Assembly: GCA_964016885.1 (NCBI GenBank) | Contig: OZ024741.1 | Coordinates: 273,668,001 to 273,732,000, forward strand | Reading direction: 5' to 3' | Length of the DNA: 64,000 nt | Origin: Eledone cirrhosa | Lineage: Eukaryota | Shown here: piece by piece, positions 11,815-25,157 of the stretch | Layout of the letters: the number at the start of each line of letters is the position of its first letter | How positions within the stretch are numbered: the stretch's first letter is position 1 | The notes under the pieces: model-generated | What the model saw: the letters and a program-made list of their open reading frames with translations, nothing else | What the model was told of the DNA's origin: nothing | Database searches by the model: none | Program-made: the position numbers and the translations under genes

Positions 11815-11880
11815 ATTATTAGTACCGATTAAAGTTTAAGCAAAGAATTCTTTACTTAAACTTTAATCTGTACTAATAAT
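11815..11880. repeat. Palindrome (about 33-bp arms, axis at GAATTC), related to 12108-12180
   Basis: attattagtaccgattaaagtttaagcaaagaa / ttctttacttaaactttaatctgtactaataat with 2 mismatches; ttaaagtttaagcaaagaat recurs at 12125. Confidence 0.8.
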
Positions 11881-11916
11881 AAATATTAGCTGTACGGGTT
11901 TATATATACTTACACA

Positions 11917-12073
<157 letters not shown>

Positions 12074-12267
12074 AGACACACACAAATATATATATATATA
12101 TATATATATTTATTAAATAACAGGTTAAAGTTTAAGCAAAGAATCGTTGCTTTTACCCTTAACGGGATCTTCTGAAACTAAAAAAATATGTGTGTATGTG
12201 TGTGTATACATATAATTATAAACGTATATAAATATACACACATAAAAACGTATATAACGCACGCACA

Positions 12268-12360
12268 AAACTCTCTTATTCAACAACTATGAATATTGCT
12301 CAAAATATTGCAAAAATTAATAGCAAAATTCTTAATTTGAACCAGCATATAATTAGTGAC

Positions 12361-12392
<32 letters not shown>

Positions 12393-12959
12393 AGTAGTTA
12401 ATGTGAATAACAATAGCAATAGTTTAAATACGAATAATAGTAGAACACCTAGAAATAATAACAATGATAATACGAATAGTTTAGGTTATAGAAATAACAT
12501 AGAATTGAACTGTAACTGTAGAAGGAAATCTGAATGCCCTTTACAAAATAATTGCTTTGATAAGAATTTAGTATATAAATGTACCATTAAGACAAAAAAT
12601 AATAATACTTATAACTACATAGGTGCCACTCTTCATCGAACTTTAAGTTTCGCTTTTCCAATCATAAACATTCTCTCTCAAATCCAGATAAAAAATGTTC
12701 TACTACATTATCACAATTAATATGGTTTTTAAAAGAGAAAAATATTAAATACTCAATTTCTTGGAGTAAACTTAGGGATTCTGATTCCTATCGAAACGCT
12801 TCCATTTCACCAAACTGCGATCTTTGTAATTTAGAAACTCTATTAATAATTACCAATTATGGTAATTTAATTAATAAAAAGAACGAATTGTTTGGAACTT
12901 GTCTCCATAAATCTGGAAAGACATTTCAAGCATTATACAAATTTAGAAAAAAATACTGA
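12268..12959 (+). pseudogene. PLE GIY-YIG endonuclease region (frameshifted)
   Basis: ORF 12289-12720 plus an alternative frame to TGA at 12959; colinear with 43048-43587. Confidence 0.9.
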
Positions 12960-14198
12960 CAAAGAAACAAATATTGACTATTATTAATAATTCTTGAAAT
13001 ATTATTATTGTTAATATTATATATATAATGTTTTGCCTTACCTTAAAAATTGTATATCGTTTTTTTTTTTTATATAGTAAATTAATCTCATGATGTGACT
13101 CAGTATCCTAAGTTCGGTTTTAGAATGGTCATTGTATAACTAGAATTTTCTGAATTTGCGGTTTGAAATATCTTCTGGCTTTCAAAGCACTTAGTTAATA
13201 TAAATGATCACATATGTTGTACGGATTACCTTCCTTTGTTTACATTCTTCGTATATAATTTTCGTTCTATCCTAATGGATTAATAATGTATCTTTAACAT
13301 GATTTATACAGTTTAATAATAATCCTTAAAGGGAAACCACATATATTATGATTTAGTACAAAATTAAAATCGAAATAATAATACTTTTAAGAGTAAATAT
13401 AACTACTTATTAATCCTATAAGTAAATGATAACTAATGAATTTAACTGTTTATAATGTAAAAAGAATAATTCAGATAATAATTCTAAATATTATATAAAA
13501 TGCACATACTGATGGTGATATGCGAATAAGTTGTGGTAAATATCCTTATACATATTTAATATGTTTGTAAGGTTGCTTTATAGGTAAAAATGTTTTTGTA
13601 TTTTGTTTTATTAATTAAACTATGCTTCTGATTATTATTATTATCGAAAATATTTTTATATTGTTTAATTTTGATATAATATATTAGTATAATTAGCTTA
13701 AACATAACCAAATACAAAAGATATTAAAAATTTCACGGTATTTAATTGGTCACTTCTATTTGACTTAATATTTGAAAACAACGGTCACGCATCATGTCCC
13801 TTTCTTCTTCTTTCTTTCTTTCTTTCTTTCTTTCCTTTTTGCAGATACGTCTTTCCTCTTCTCTCTTCTATCTCTCTCTCTCTCCTTCTTCTATCTTCTC
13901 TCTTCTTTTTTTTCTCTTTTCTTCTTTCTTCTCTTCTATCTCTCTCTTTTTCTTTTTCTTTCCTAAAACGAATATTTACGCATTTAAATATTTATGTATG
14001 TGTTTATTAATTTCTTCTTGCATTTTCTCATACTCACCCCCCTCCTTATACTTATATCTCGTCCCACATCCTCTTCTTCATCATATTTAAGTTTATCATG
14101 TTATTATTTGTGGTATATAAATATTGAGATTTGTTGTAATAAATCACTGCCAATACTGGATTTGAACGATCAAGTTGAGGTATGTCATACATCAATTC

Positions 14199-14270
14199 AT
14201 GTATTTTGTCTGATGAGGACGTACTGAAAAAACAGCACAATACCTCCGAAATATATATAATAAAACATAT
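14199..14270 (+). ncRNA. Minimal type I hammerhead ribozyme
   Basis: ATGTATTTTGT-CTGATGA(14210)-GGAcGTA...TACcTCC-GAAA(14248)-TATATA-TA-ATAAAACATAT; predicted cleavage after A14259. Confidence 0.85.
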
Positions 14271-14363
14271 ATTTTGATTATGTGAACGTCTTCATTTATC
14301 AATATTTTGAATAATATATATGTATATATGTAGATATATATATACATATATACATACATATAC

Positions 14364-14460
<97 letters not shown>

Positions 14461-14876
14461 TACATATATATATATAATTATTTATATTCTTAGAAAATGT
14501 AGAAATCTTCAATACAGAAGATGGCTGAAAATACAGTGGATTGCTATGAACAATTGCTTATCTAATCGACTAAAATATCCCTTTGAACGGAAAAAAATAT
14601 CGAGGAGTCGCTACGAAGAATTCCGTACATCTCAGAATCAAGAATTAAAAGTGACAAAAAAATATAAGCCTCTGAACTAGTTTCTTCTATTAATCTTTTG
14701 ATCAAGGAATTTTATCCCGAAATATAAAGACCTATAAAGAATTCTACGGTAACACCCTAACATCATTGTTATCATATTTTAACCATTTACTGTCCAATTC
14801 ATATTGGGTTAGCGTAAAATCAGAGCACTATTTTCTTTCACTCTTACACACTCTCTCTCTCCCACTCTTACACACA

Positions 14877-14975
<99 letters not shown>

Positions 14976-15108
14976 TATGTGTGTGTGCCTATACACAACC
15001 ACACACGCTCGCATACATACGCATTTCTATGTATGCATACCCTTGCACATATTTTGGTGTGTAAGTACCTTTTTGTATTTGTTTATATATATATATCTGT
15101 ATATGTGA

Positions 15109-15145
<37 letters not shown>

Positions 15146-15287
15146 AGTGTGTGTGAGTTTTAGAAAGTTCATATGATTTATAGTCGTGTTTAATGATGGA
15201 TAAATATGTTTATATATTTCATCCGTATGTGATTGGTGGTGGTAGGTACATATGACGAGAGCTGTATGTATGTATATGTACACACAG

Positions 15288-15336
<49 letters not shown>

Positions 15337-15958
15337 CATATATATGAATGTATGTATGTATATATATATACATATACATATATATAATATATAAATATGT
15401 CTATACATATATATGTATATATTTATATATATATACACACATATTTATATCCAGATGTATGCATATATGTGGGCGTACGCCTGTGTTTGTGTGTGTGTGT
15501 GTGTGTGAAGGTGAGGTATGGTGTGTGTGGTGTGTAAGGGTGTGTCCGTCAGTCGGGTGGCTGTGGAGGTGGAGATTACTGATGGATTTTGATAAAATAT
15601 TCACAGCAAGCTCTTTTGAAGTTTAAAGAGCGGGCAATGATGTTGGGGTGCGTGAGGGGTAAAGTTCCGAACTGGAATTCATAGATGGGGTGAGGACGTG
15701 TGGAAGACGGGTGGAAGGCGGGTGGAGGCGAGTCGTTGAAGTGGATGTAATTTTTAAAATTATCAAACAGTATATAACAACGTTATCACGACCACGTTAG
15801 TAAGTCACATACAATGATCGTTATCGTTAAATATATATACTACATACATACATATATATATATATATACATACACGCATACATACATACCCAAGTACGTA
15901 CATAGATATATACATACCTTGATAAATACAAACATACGCGCACACACACACACACATA

Positions 15959-16395
<437 letters not shown>

Positions 16396-16404
16396 TTTTA
16401 TATA

Positions 16405-16483
<79 letters not shown>

Positions 16484-17277
16484 GTATATATATATATGTG
16501 TATATGTATATATATATATATGTGTGCGTGTGTGTGTATATATGTATACCTATATATACCTACATATTTTTATAGCTACATATATTATCTCGTGTGTGTA
16601 TGTGTGTGTGCACCCGTACATAGAATTCATAGAATATAAATGCATGTGTATAGATATACGGTACATACGCGTGTATGTATATATGGACATAGTGCATATG
16701 TGTGTATGTGCTTGTGCGTGTATGCTTGTGTGCGTGTATATGTGCGTTTTGCATGTATTTGTGATTGTGTGTGCATGTACGTGTGTGTGTACGTAATCAT
16801 ATAAAACCCTGAAAAGCTACTGGTTTCTTGTGTGTTACAGCAAAACTTGTTATTATTTCTGTTTATAAATGTTTTGATTTCACAAGGAGAAGCATTTTGT
16901 GACGTTTCGGATCGCGTCCTTTCTCAAGGAAAAAAAAAATTTATTGTGTCCTTTGTAAATGGACGTCTTTGGGAAGAATATATTTTTTCTTATAGAATTT
17001 CTTTAAAAAGCACTCTGCGTCCTACAAGCTGAAGCCCAGTGAGGGGAACTATAGTTTGGAGCTTGGATTTCAGGTTAAAATAAGGTGTTCAACAGATGAT
17101 CACTAAACCTCTCGTATGTTTTCATTTACCTGTAAATTAAAACTAACCTTATTTCTGTATCCAAAATTACACTTAAATTGACTGTTTTATCTTGGTTTGT
17201 GATGAATTCGTCATCATAAATGAGGATTTCAAACTGAAATAAGGTTAGGTTACAGTGGCGTAGACTACTTCGTATTA

Positions 17278-17378
17278 GGTGCGTGGCTTAGTGGTTAGAG
17301 AAATGTACTCTGAATCGTGAGGCTGCGAGTTCAATTCTCGAACCGGGTGATGCAAGACACTTTATTTCACGTTGCTCT
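17278..17378 (+). mobile_element. CORE-type SINE fragment
   Basis: ggtgcgtggcttagtggttag...gagttcaattctc...gcaagacactttatttcacgttgctc. Confidence 0.8.
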
Positions 17379-17603
17379 TTCTACCAAGAGTTACGAACAG
17401 CGAGTAGTTTCAACAATGAAAAGACCAATGGAAACATTGATCCTTTGGTCCGATTTGATTCAGTAAGCAAATGTGATCTGGCATCTTGTCGATCGTTTAA
17501 AAAAAAAATGACTCGCTATCCTTTTTATGATTTTCTTATTATCATTTTCTAAACTGGGGTGCGTCTCATGTATGTTATAAGCCATGCATCACGTTATATA
17601 ATA

Positions 17604-17730
17604 AACTGGATAACAGAAGGTCTTCAGAGAAGGAACCCCGCTCAAGCACGTATTTCAGAAGTTAAGTTAAGGGCCGAATCACTCACTTGACCGGTGGTTT
17701 CTTCTCCGAAGACCTTCTACTGTCCAGCTA
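17604..17730. repeat. Degenerate inverted repeat (about 42-bp arms), possible old PLE footprint
   Basis: ctggataacagaaggtcttcagagaaggaaccccgctcaag / cttgaccggtggtttcttctccgaagaccttctactgtccag. Confidence 0.65.
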
Positions 17731-17976
17731 TACTGTTTTACTTTACCACCATTAATTAAGAACGACAAATATAGAATTTATTTTGTTCTCGAAGAGAGAT
17801 CTTTAAGACATTATTTAAAAATTAGAAATCTGTTATTTAGAGGAAAAATATAGGGGCGGTCTCATAAACGGAAAGAAGGACGAGTTGAGCGAGTTGAGGT
17901 AAGTAATACAAACGAGAAAAGTTATTACTCTAATTTTCTGGTAGGAACATAGCAAATAGAAAGGAGGAGTCCGTTG

Positions 17977-18032
<56 letters not shown>

Positions 18033-18035
<3 letters not shown>

Positions 18036-18667
18036 TAATCCCCCGCTATATCGCGGTTCACTTTTCGCGGTACCGCTACATCGCGGATTTTCCTTTTTCT
18101 TTGGAGCGTATCTAATTTCCTATCGCAGTAATCCTCGCTACATCGCGGATTTTTCGTTAGAACATATCTATTTTCTTATCGCGGTACGTACGTCTGAATA
18201 AAAAGTATTTAAATTTTAAACTTATTAAATAAGTTTCGATGTGATTGAAGTGTATAACGCAAGGAAGGGGCATCTTAAGTCTTTAACTATATAAAACGTT
18301 TTTATTTTTCATTCCATTACTGTTTTACTGATTGTGTTTTTCTCTAATCTCCTACAAACCCATCATAGATTGACGGGAGATGTGCAGTGTATTACCAAGC
18401 GGCTAACGTGGCTGGTAATGGTCGTCATTGGTAACTAGTGGTATGATGGTTGGTGACAGTTTCTATACGATTGTAACTGGCTGTTTTTGGTGTTTAAATA
18501 CAAAAGTGTTTTAATGAGTATATTTGTACTTAAATCTTGTAGGAGAGATATTTTAAGGTTTAAACTATGAAAATAACGGTTGTCTTTATGGTCTCCCTAT
18601 ATCGCGGATTATCATTTATCGCGGTTAGTTCTGGAACGTATCCGCCCCCGCAATAAGCGGTGGATTA

Positions 18668-18670
<3 letters not shown>
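18033..18670. mobile_element. Tc1/mariner (pogo/Tigger-like) MITE
   Basis: TIRs CAGTAATCCCCCGCTATATCGCGG / CCGCAATAAGCGGTGGATTACTG, TA on both sides, several subterminal ATCGCGG repeats, no ORF. Confidence 0.9.
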
Positions 18671-18739
<69 letters not shown>

Positions 18740-18885
18740 ATACTTTGGGAGGGTCATGTTGCCAATAAGAAACACACGCACCAGTTGCTTTCACTTCAAT
18801 TTATTATATATTTACAAATTTACAAATTTATAAATTTATAAATTTCTGGTTGGTTGGTTCCTCAACCAGATAGTTGTTTATATAT

Positions 18886-18930
18886 AGTCATAGTCCTTTC
18901 GTCACACACTCTGTGACCTCTTCAGTGACT
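18886..18930 (-). ncRNA. Minimal type I hammerhead ribozyme (left arm)
   Basis: Reverse complement of 22401-22445. Confidence 0.85.
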
Positions 18931-19138
18931 GGGGATTCCTTTCTTTGTCTCCGTGCCTCTCCTTTGTTCTGTCCTACGCCATTTTGTTTCTGTGTGTGTG
19001 TTGTGTGCTCAGTTTGCGCATGCGCCACATCCGGGTGTCTCTGTGTGTTTATGTTCATTTATCTATTTGTTTATTTATTTATTTACATGTTATTGGTTGG
19101 TTGTTTGTTCTATGTGTGTGTGTGTTTTCATTTTGTCC

Positions 19139-21416
19139 TTAATTGTAAGTTGTGATGTTGCTGTTCCACTCATATTTTCTATTTAGTTTTGGTTGTAATT
19201 CTTTTATGTTTATTGCCTCTGTAATTTGTCTAAACATTGCATCTTTTCTGTGTGTAGATTCTATTTTTATTTCTATGTTCTCTAATTTACTCTTGTGTTC
19301 TATCTTAGCATGTTGGTAGAGTACAGATGATTCTTTATTATCTTGAAGGTCTCGCCAGTGTTCATTTATCCGTTCCCCTATACTACGAGCTGTCTCACCT
19401 ATGTACACTATATTTTTGTTTCTACATTGTCCTTCAGTACATCTTATGCTATACACTACATTTCTAGTTTTACAGTTAATATGGGGGCTTATTTAACAGG
19501 TTATACATTTCTTATCTATACATGAGGGTCTTTGGAAAGGGTATGTCTTGCTAATAAGTGTTTTTACGGAGGTACCTGGTCTTTCTACTATCTTAATATT
19601 GAGTTTATGTTTATTTAGGGCCCTTCTAAATTTGTAGGCTAGTTCGCCTCTAGGGGTTGTATCGATGAACATTACACTCTGGTATTTATTGCTATCATAC
19701 CATGAGTTTATTCTATTAGCCTTGTTCCTAGTTCTTTCTATTCTATTCCAAAATTTGCTCCTATACAAGGGGCAGGTCCCATTTATGTCATTATTTACCA
19801 TTTTTTCCCATTTGGTTCTGGCTCCTCTATAAACTCTGATTCTATCTCTCTGATTGTAGCCAGAGAACTGCATCCGGTGGATGAAGTGTTGTATGTGTCT
19901 CTCTAGTTCTTCGGGGTTGCACATGCGGGACACATTTCTCATCACCCGTACCAAATCCGCAATCAGTATGTTGATTTTGGTATGGTCCGAAATGGCCTAG
20001 TTTCGGTGGATCAGATGTTTGGAAGTCATGGGTTTGGCATAATGGGAATGGAGGATTTGTTTTTGGTTGTTAATGGTATCTAACCAGGGCTCTGTGTCAA
20101 GTACAGGTAATCGATGGTTGGGGTGTCTACTTGGGTAGTCTATAGTAACTCTAATGCTCTGGTGGATGGAGTTTGCTATTTGCTGGATGCTTTCCATTGT
20201 GTTTTTCTCTAGTGTCTGACTGTTCTCTAGTGGGGGTGTCTTAACTACAATGTTTATATCGTCAACGTAGCGGGAGTACATTATCAGGGTTAAGCTGTCT
20301 TCTAATTGTTCTTTAAGTTTAAGTTTAAGTCTACTGTCCCACCATACCATGAATAAGTTAGCTATGTCGCCTGCAATGCTAACCCCAATGGCTGCTCCTT
20401 CCTCTTGGGCATATGTTTTTCCATTAAATTTGAACATATGTTCCTTAAGGGTTAGTTTTATGCTGGCCCCTACCGCATGTGCAATCATTTTCTTCAGTTC
20501 ATCGTGGTTTTCGGGTGTCCGTATGGCTCTGGTCCACCCGTTCCATCTATCTGTGTGGGTTTTCTTGGCCATTGAGGTAATGGTAGGTGGTCTGCCTCTT
20601 GCTGGTCTTGTAGGGCACAGGTTGCTAAGGTCATATGTGTCTAGGTAACTATTACTATAGGTAAGCTTATGTAGAAGTCCCAGCTCACTGGTATCAATCC
20701 CACGGAACCCAACCTTGCTCTCGCTGATCATTTCTACACATTTCTCCACAGCAAAATCCACGTCAATAGATGGATACAGGGACACAGCATCCATATTGCC
20801 AATTATGCAGTTTGTTAGGTCCCCAGATCGGTTACTCACGCCGATTCTGCTGAGGAGGTCCTCCGTGCTGTCACATACATCTGGGGACACTTCAATGATG
20901 GGGCGTATGATCAGGGAGAGGAAGTAGGACAGTCTGTAGTTACTAGCAATGTTAGCTCCACAGACAGGCCGTGTTGGTGGTCCCGCGACAGGGTCACAGC
21001 CCGTTTTATGGTCTTTTCGAAGCCCATACAACGCCGGCACGTCATTGCTCCAGGCCTGGAAGTTGTTGGCAGTCCTTTTGTTGGGCTGCATTATATTCGT
21101 TCACATCACCATATGGGCATTGAGGGCTTTTTCTCTATCCTCATGCTCCTGTGGTGTTACCTCTCTTGTGTTAGTGATGTGGGGTTGCATTGCCTGGATG
21201 TAGTTTGGCAGGCTGTCAACCGACATTCTGCCAGACTTGTCTGTTGGAAAGCATGCTATCTCTCCATTACGTGAGCGCTGCATGAGCTTACGCAAGCCAT
21301 TTGCAGATTTTTCTCCCAGTTGCTGGGCCTCCATTCTATTATGCTTCTTGCTATACTGTTCTATAATATTTCTAAGTTCGGATCTAGCTACACTAAATTG
21401 TGCTTCTGTTTGTTCA
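19139..21416 (-). pseudogene. PLE RT + GIY-YIG ORF, 5'-truncated, three in-frame stops, no frameshift
   Basis: TDKSG, LYGLRKDHK, PTRPV, MDAVSLYPSI, YAQEEGAAIG, YSRYVDD, LPVLD, linker CIDKKCITC, VVYSIRC...YIGETARSIGERINEH; stops TGA 21101-21103, TAG 19997-19999, TAA 19493-19495 all in one frame. Confidence 0.95.
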
Positions 21417-22192
21417 CCGAAGAACTAGAGAGACATATACAACACTTCATCCACCGGATGCAGTTCTCTGGCTACAATCAGAGAGATAGATTCAGAGTGT
21501 ATAGAGGAACCAGAACCAAATGGGAAAAAATGGTAAATAATGACATAAATGGGACCTGCCCCTTGTATAGGAGCAAATTTTGGAATAGAATAGAAAGAAC
21601 TAGGAACAAGGCTAATAGAATAAACTCATGGTATGATAGCAATAAATACCAGAGTGTAATGTTCATCGATACAACCCCTAGAGGCGAACTAGCCTACAAA
21701 TTTAGAAGGGCCCTAAATAAACATAAACTCAATATTAAGATAGTAGAAAGACCAGGTACCTCCGTAAAAACACTTATTAGCAAGACATACCCTTTCCAAA
21801 GACCCTCATGTATAGATAAGAAATGTATAACCTGTTAAATAAGCCCCCATATTAACTGTAAAACTAGAAATGTAGTGTATAGCATAAGATGTACTGAAGG
21901 ACAATGTAGAAACAAAAATATAGTGTACATAGGTGAGACAGCTCGTAGTATAGGGGAACGGATAAATGAACACTGGCGAGACTTTCAAGATAATAAAGAA
22001 TCATCTGTACTCTACCAACATGCTAAGATAGAACACAAGAGTAAATTAGAGAACATAGAAATAAAAATAGAATCTACACACAGAAAAGATGCAATGTTTA
22101 GACAAATTACAGAGGCAATAAACATAAAAGAATTACAACCAAAACTAAATAGAAAATATGAGTGGAACAGCAACATCACAACTTGCAATTAA
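21417..22192 (+). pseudogene. Inverted duplicate of the PLE thumb/linker + GIY-YIG region
   Basis: EELERHIQHF...CIDKKCITC*ISPHINCKTRNVVYSIRC...YIGETAR; same TAA as the left arm (21836-21838). Confidence 0.95.
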
Positions 22193-22296
22193 GGACAAAA
22201 TGAAAACACACACACACATAGAACAAACAACCAACCAATAACATGTAAATAAATAAATAAACAAATAGATAAATTAACATAAACACACAGAGACAC

Positions 22297-22454
22297 CCGG
22301 ATGTGGCGCATGCGCAAACTGAGCACACAACACACACACAGAAACAAAATGGCGTAGGACAGAACAAAGGAGAGGCACGGAGACAAAGAAAGGAATCCCC
22401 AGTCACTGAAGAGGTCACAGAGTGTGTGACGAAAGGACTATGACTATATATAAA
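22297..22454 (+). promoter_or_regulatory. Candidate pLTR promoter motif cluster (mirrored at 18877-19034)
   Basis: CCGGATGT (ETS-like, 22297), GCGCATGCGC (NRF1/EWG palindrome, 22306), CAAAATGGCG (YY1, 22345), TATATAAA (22447). Confidence 0.45.
22401..22445 (+). ncRNA. Minimal type I hammerhead ribozyme (right arm)
   Basis: AGTCA-CTGAAGA-G-GTCAC-agagtgt-GTGAC-GAAA-GGAC-TA-TGACT; perfect stems I and II; predicted cleavage after A22440. Confidence 0.85.
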
Positions 22455-22794
22455 CAACTATCTGGTTGTGGAACCAACCAACCAGAAATTTATAAATTTA
22501 TAAATTTGTAAATTTATAAATATATAATAAATTGAAGTGAAAGCAACTGGTGCGTGTGTTTCTTATTGGCAACATGACTCTCCCAAAGTATAACAACATC
22601 GGTTTCAACACACGATTTCAGATAAAGAATCTTGCTAAACAAATTCAGAAACGAAATATATATATATATATATATATATATACAAAATGGCTGACTAAAT
22701 ACACACGTTTTTTTCTATAAGTAAAAAAAAAAAAAAATGTTTCTGTTCTTTCCTCGTCTCATTCTATCTTTCTATTTCATATTTTATTTCTCAT

Positions 22795-22840
22795 TCTATC
22801 TCCCGATGAAGGATTAGTGTTCGAAACATTAAAACACTTT
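22795..22840 (+). ncRNA. Degenerate HHR-like motif (C4 variant)
   Basis: CCGATGA-A-GGA-ttagtg-TTC-GAAA-CAT-TA; stem I poorly supported. Confidence 0.4.
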
Positions 22841-23159
22841 TCCTTCTATATGAAGCGTTAAAATAATATATTTCTTCATCATACTGTGTCGTTTGCTTTG
22901 TTATTTCTGTTTACTTTTTGCAACACACACACACTCATATATATATATATAAAGTCGAAGACTGACATGCGCATGCGTGTCAGTTCAAAATTTATCAAGT
23001 TGTCATGAGATAGCAAGCTGATAAATGTCGAGGTGGCCTCATTAATCATAGTATTAAGCGGTAGTATCATCAGCAGGGTTTCTACTTTGAACTGTTGATT
23101 AGCTGGCTGTGTAGTTGGGCTCCGATCTTTTCATCTTGGCACATCTCCTGTAAGTACAG

Positions 23160-23310
23160 TGAATTGGTAGAGACGTTAGAATGTCGGATAGAATGATTTG
23201 CAGTATTGTTTTCGGCTCCCTCCGTTGTTTGAGTTCAAATGGCTCCGAATTCAATATTCATGCCTTCGCTGGTCAATCAAAGATATACCAGTCAACTATT
23301 GAGGGTCGAT
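23160..23310 (+). mobile_element. Degenerate Nin/Deu-type SINE
   Basis: gaattggtagag...gtcggatagaatg...tgagttcaaat...gggtcgat. Confidence 0.55.
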
Positions 23311-23555
23311 TCCTATTCTATATATCCTTATCACATTTTCTCTCTCTCCTTCTCTTTTTCTGCCTCTCTCTCCCCCGCTCCCCCGTCTTTCTTTCTATCT
23401 GTCTGTCGCTCTCTCTCTTTCTTTCCTTCTTTCTCTCCATCTTTCTTTTCACCTCTCCCTCATATCTCTGTCATTTTTCTCTCCCTCTCTATTTCTCACT
23501 CTTTCTCTATTTTTTCCGCATCTCCCTCTCTTTTCTCTCCCTCCCTCCCTATTCC

Positions 23556-23616
<61 letters not shown>

Positions 23617-23809
23617 TCTCTCTCTCCTTCTCTGTTCAAACTTGGAGAATTGTTGAATTCCCCTATTTTTAAAATGCCCACTCAATATATGCCGTATGTC
23701 ACAACTTAATCTACGATTTAATCGGGGGTTACGGGTCCATACATACATCTCATATCTACACGAGCTACATTCAAATTTCAAACCTGTAACCACAGCTTTC
23801 CTATTTCAA

Positions 23810-23890
23810 ATCAGAATCGTAAAGTTGTGAGTACAATTCCCGGGTCAGGTGACGCATTTCGCCCCTGAGCAAGACACTTTATTTCATTTT
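23810..23890 (+). mobile_element. CORE-type SINE fragment
   Basis: gagtacaattcccggg...cctgagcaagacactttatttca. Confidence 0.7.
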
Positions 23891-24048
23891 ATTTTACCTT
23901 CTCTCATTCCCCTGTGTCTAATCCTGTAGACCAGACATTATACCAAGATCTGTCCGGGACTGCATGGGTACAAAAAACCCTTAGCAAAATCAAGGCGCAT
24001 ACTACCATGTCATACTCGATTGTGAGTGGCAGCTGTAGTATGTATGCT

Positions 24049-24336
24049 CCCGTAACTCCTAGGGGCGTCGTATTGTCATATGGCGTTTCTTGCGGAGCCC
24101 ATCTCTCTCCAGACCTGAGTGCAGCAGATTCCTTCCAGAGAAAGTGAGAAAGGAAATGAGAAAGAGATATAGAGCAAGAATCGACCCCAGCACTAGGCTG
24201 CTACTTTGTTTTATCGACCTCGAAAGGATGAGACGCAAAGTTGACTTCGGTGTGATTTGAACTCAGTGCAGAGAGCCGGAACGGATACTGCAAAGTATTC
24301 TATCCGACGTTCTAACGTCTCTGCCAATTCGCCGCC
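24049..24336 (-). mobile_element. Composite Nin/Deu SINE, second copy
   Basis: Colinear with 10643-10943. Confidence 0.75.
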
Positions 24337-24631
24337 TGGCGACTGTAGTGTATTTTTCTAAATCGCCACCATCCTGATTGAGCTAAATACCTGCTATTTG
24401 CTCACTTGAGTTATTTCCCTTTGCTCACCACTTTTATATCACTTCACACTAACATTCTCATTATGGTGATTACATATCTGTGTTTCTATGAGCTTATCTC
24501 TTCACGCCAGTTAACAAATGACGTTCAGATCACGTTGAGAAGTCTCGTTATCGCCCAATCTGACGAGAAGAAACAACTTTACGGTAATTGTATATGTGTT
24601 TGTCCAGAATGTGTGAATGTTTGAATGTGCA

Positions 24632-24772
<141 letters not shown>

Positions 24773-24781
24773 GTATATATA

Positions 24782-24822
<41 letters not shown>

Positions 24823-24890
24823 AATATATACATAAATACATATATACATACACATATATATATGTATATATATATATATATGTGTATATG

Positions 24891-24981
<91 letters not shown>

Positions 24982-25074
24982 TATATATATACACATGAAT
25001 ATATACATAAATACATATATAATACACACGCATATATATATGTATAGATATATATGTGTGTGTGTGTGTGTACA

Positions 25075-25157
<83 letters not shown>

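Larger units (their letters stand above)
12268..14314 (+). mobile_element. 5'-truncated Naiad-like Penelope element: GIY-YIG domain, about 1.35-kb AT-rich 3' UTR, terminal HHR
   Basis: KLSYSTTMN...CNCRRKSECPLQNNC...LVYKC...YIGAT, frameshift, LSQLIW...CDLCNLE...LINKKNELFGTCLHK, stop at 12959; the last 250 nt are homologous to 45600-45854 and end in aatattttgaataa(TA)n. Confidence 0.85.
18735..22656. mobile_element. Neptune-like Penelope element: 5'-truncated minus copy plus inverted 3' copy with a 60-nt tail, in (TA)n
   Basis: Arms 18735-19914 and 21417-22596 (1180 bp each, about 10 substitutions by eye), 1502-bp spacer encoding RT, tail 22597-22656. Confidence 0.95.

Noticed and set aside
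21101-21103. In-frame TGA as selenocysteine
   Set aside because: The context fits a mutated Trp codon, the same frame also has TAG and TAA stops, and I saw no SECIS.
21320-21838. 172-aa plus-strand ORF as an independent gene
   Set aside because: A chimera across the inversion junction at 21417; the N-terminal part is antisense RT sequence.
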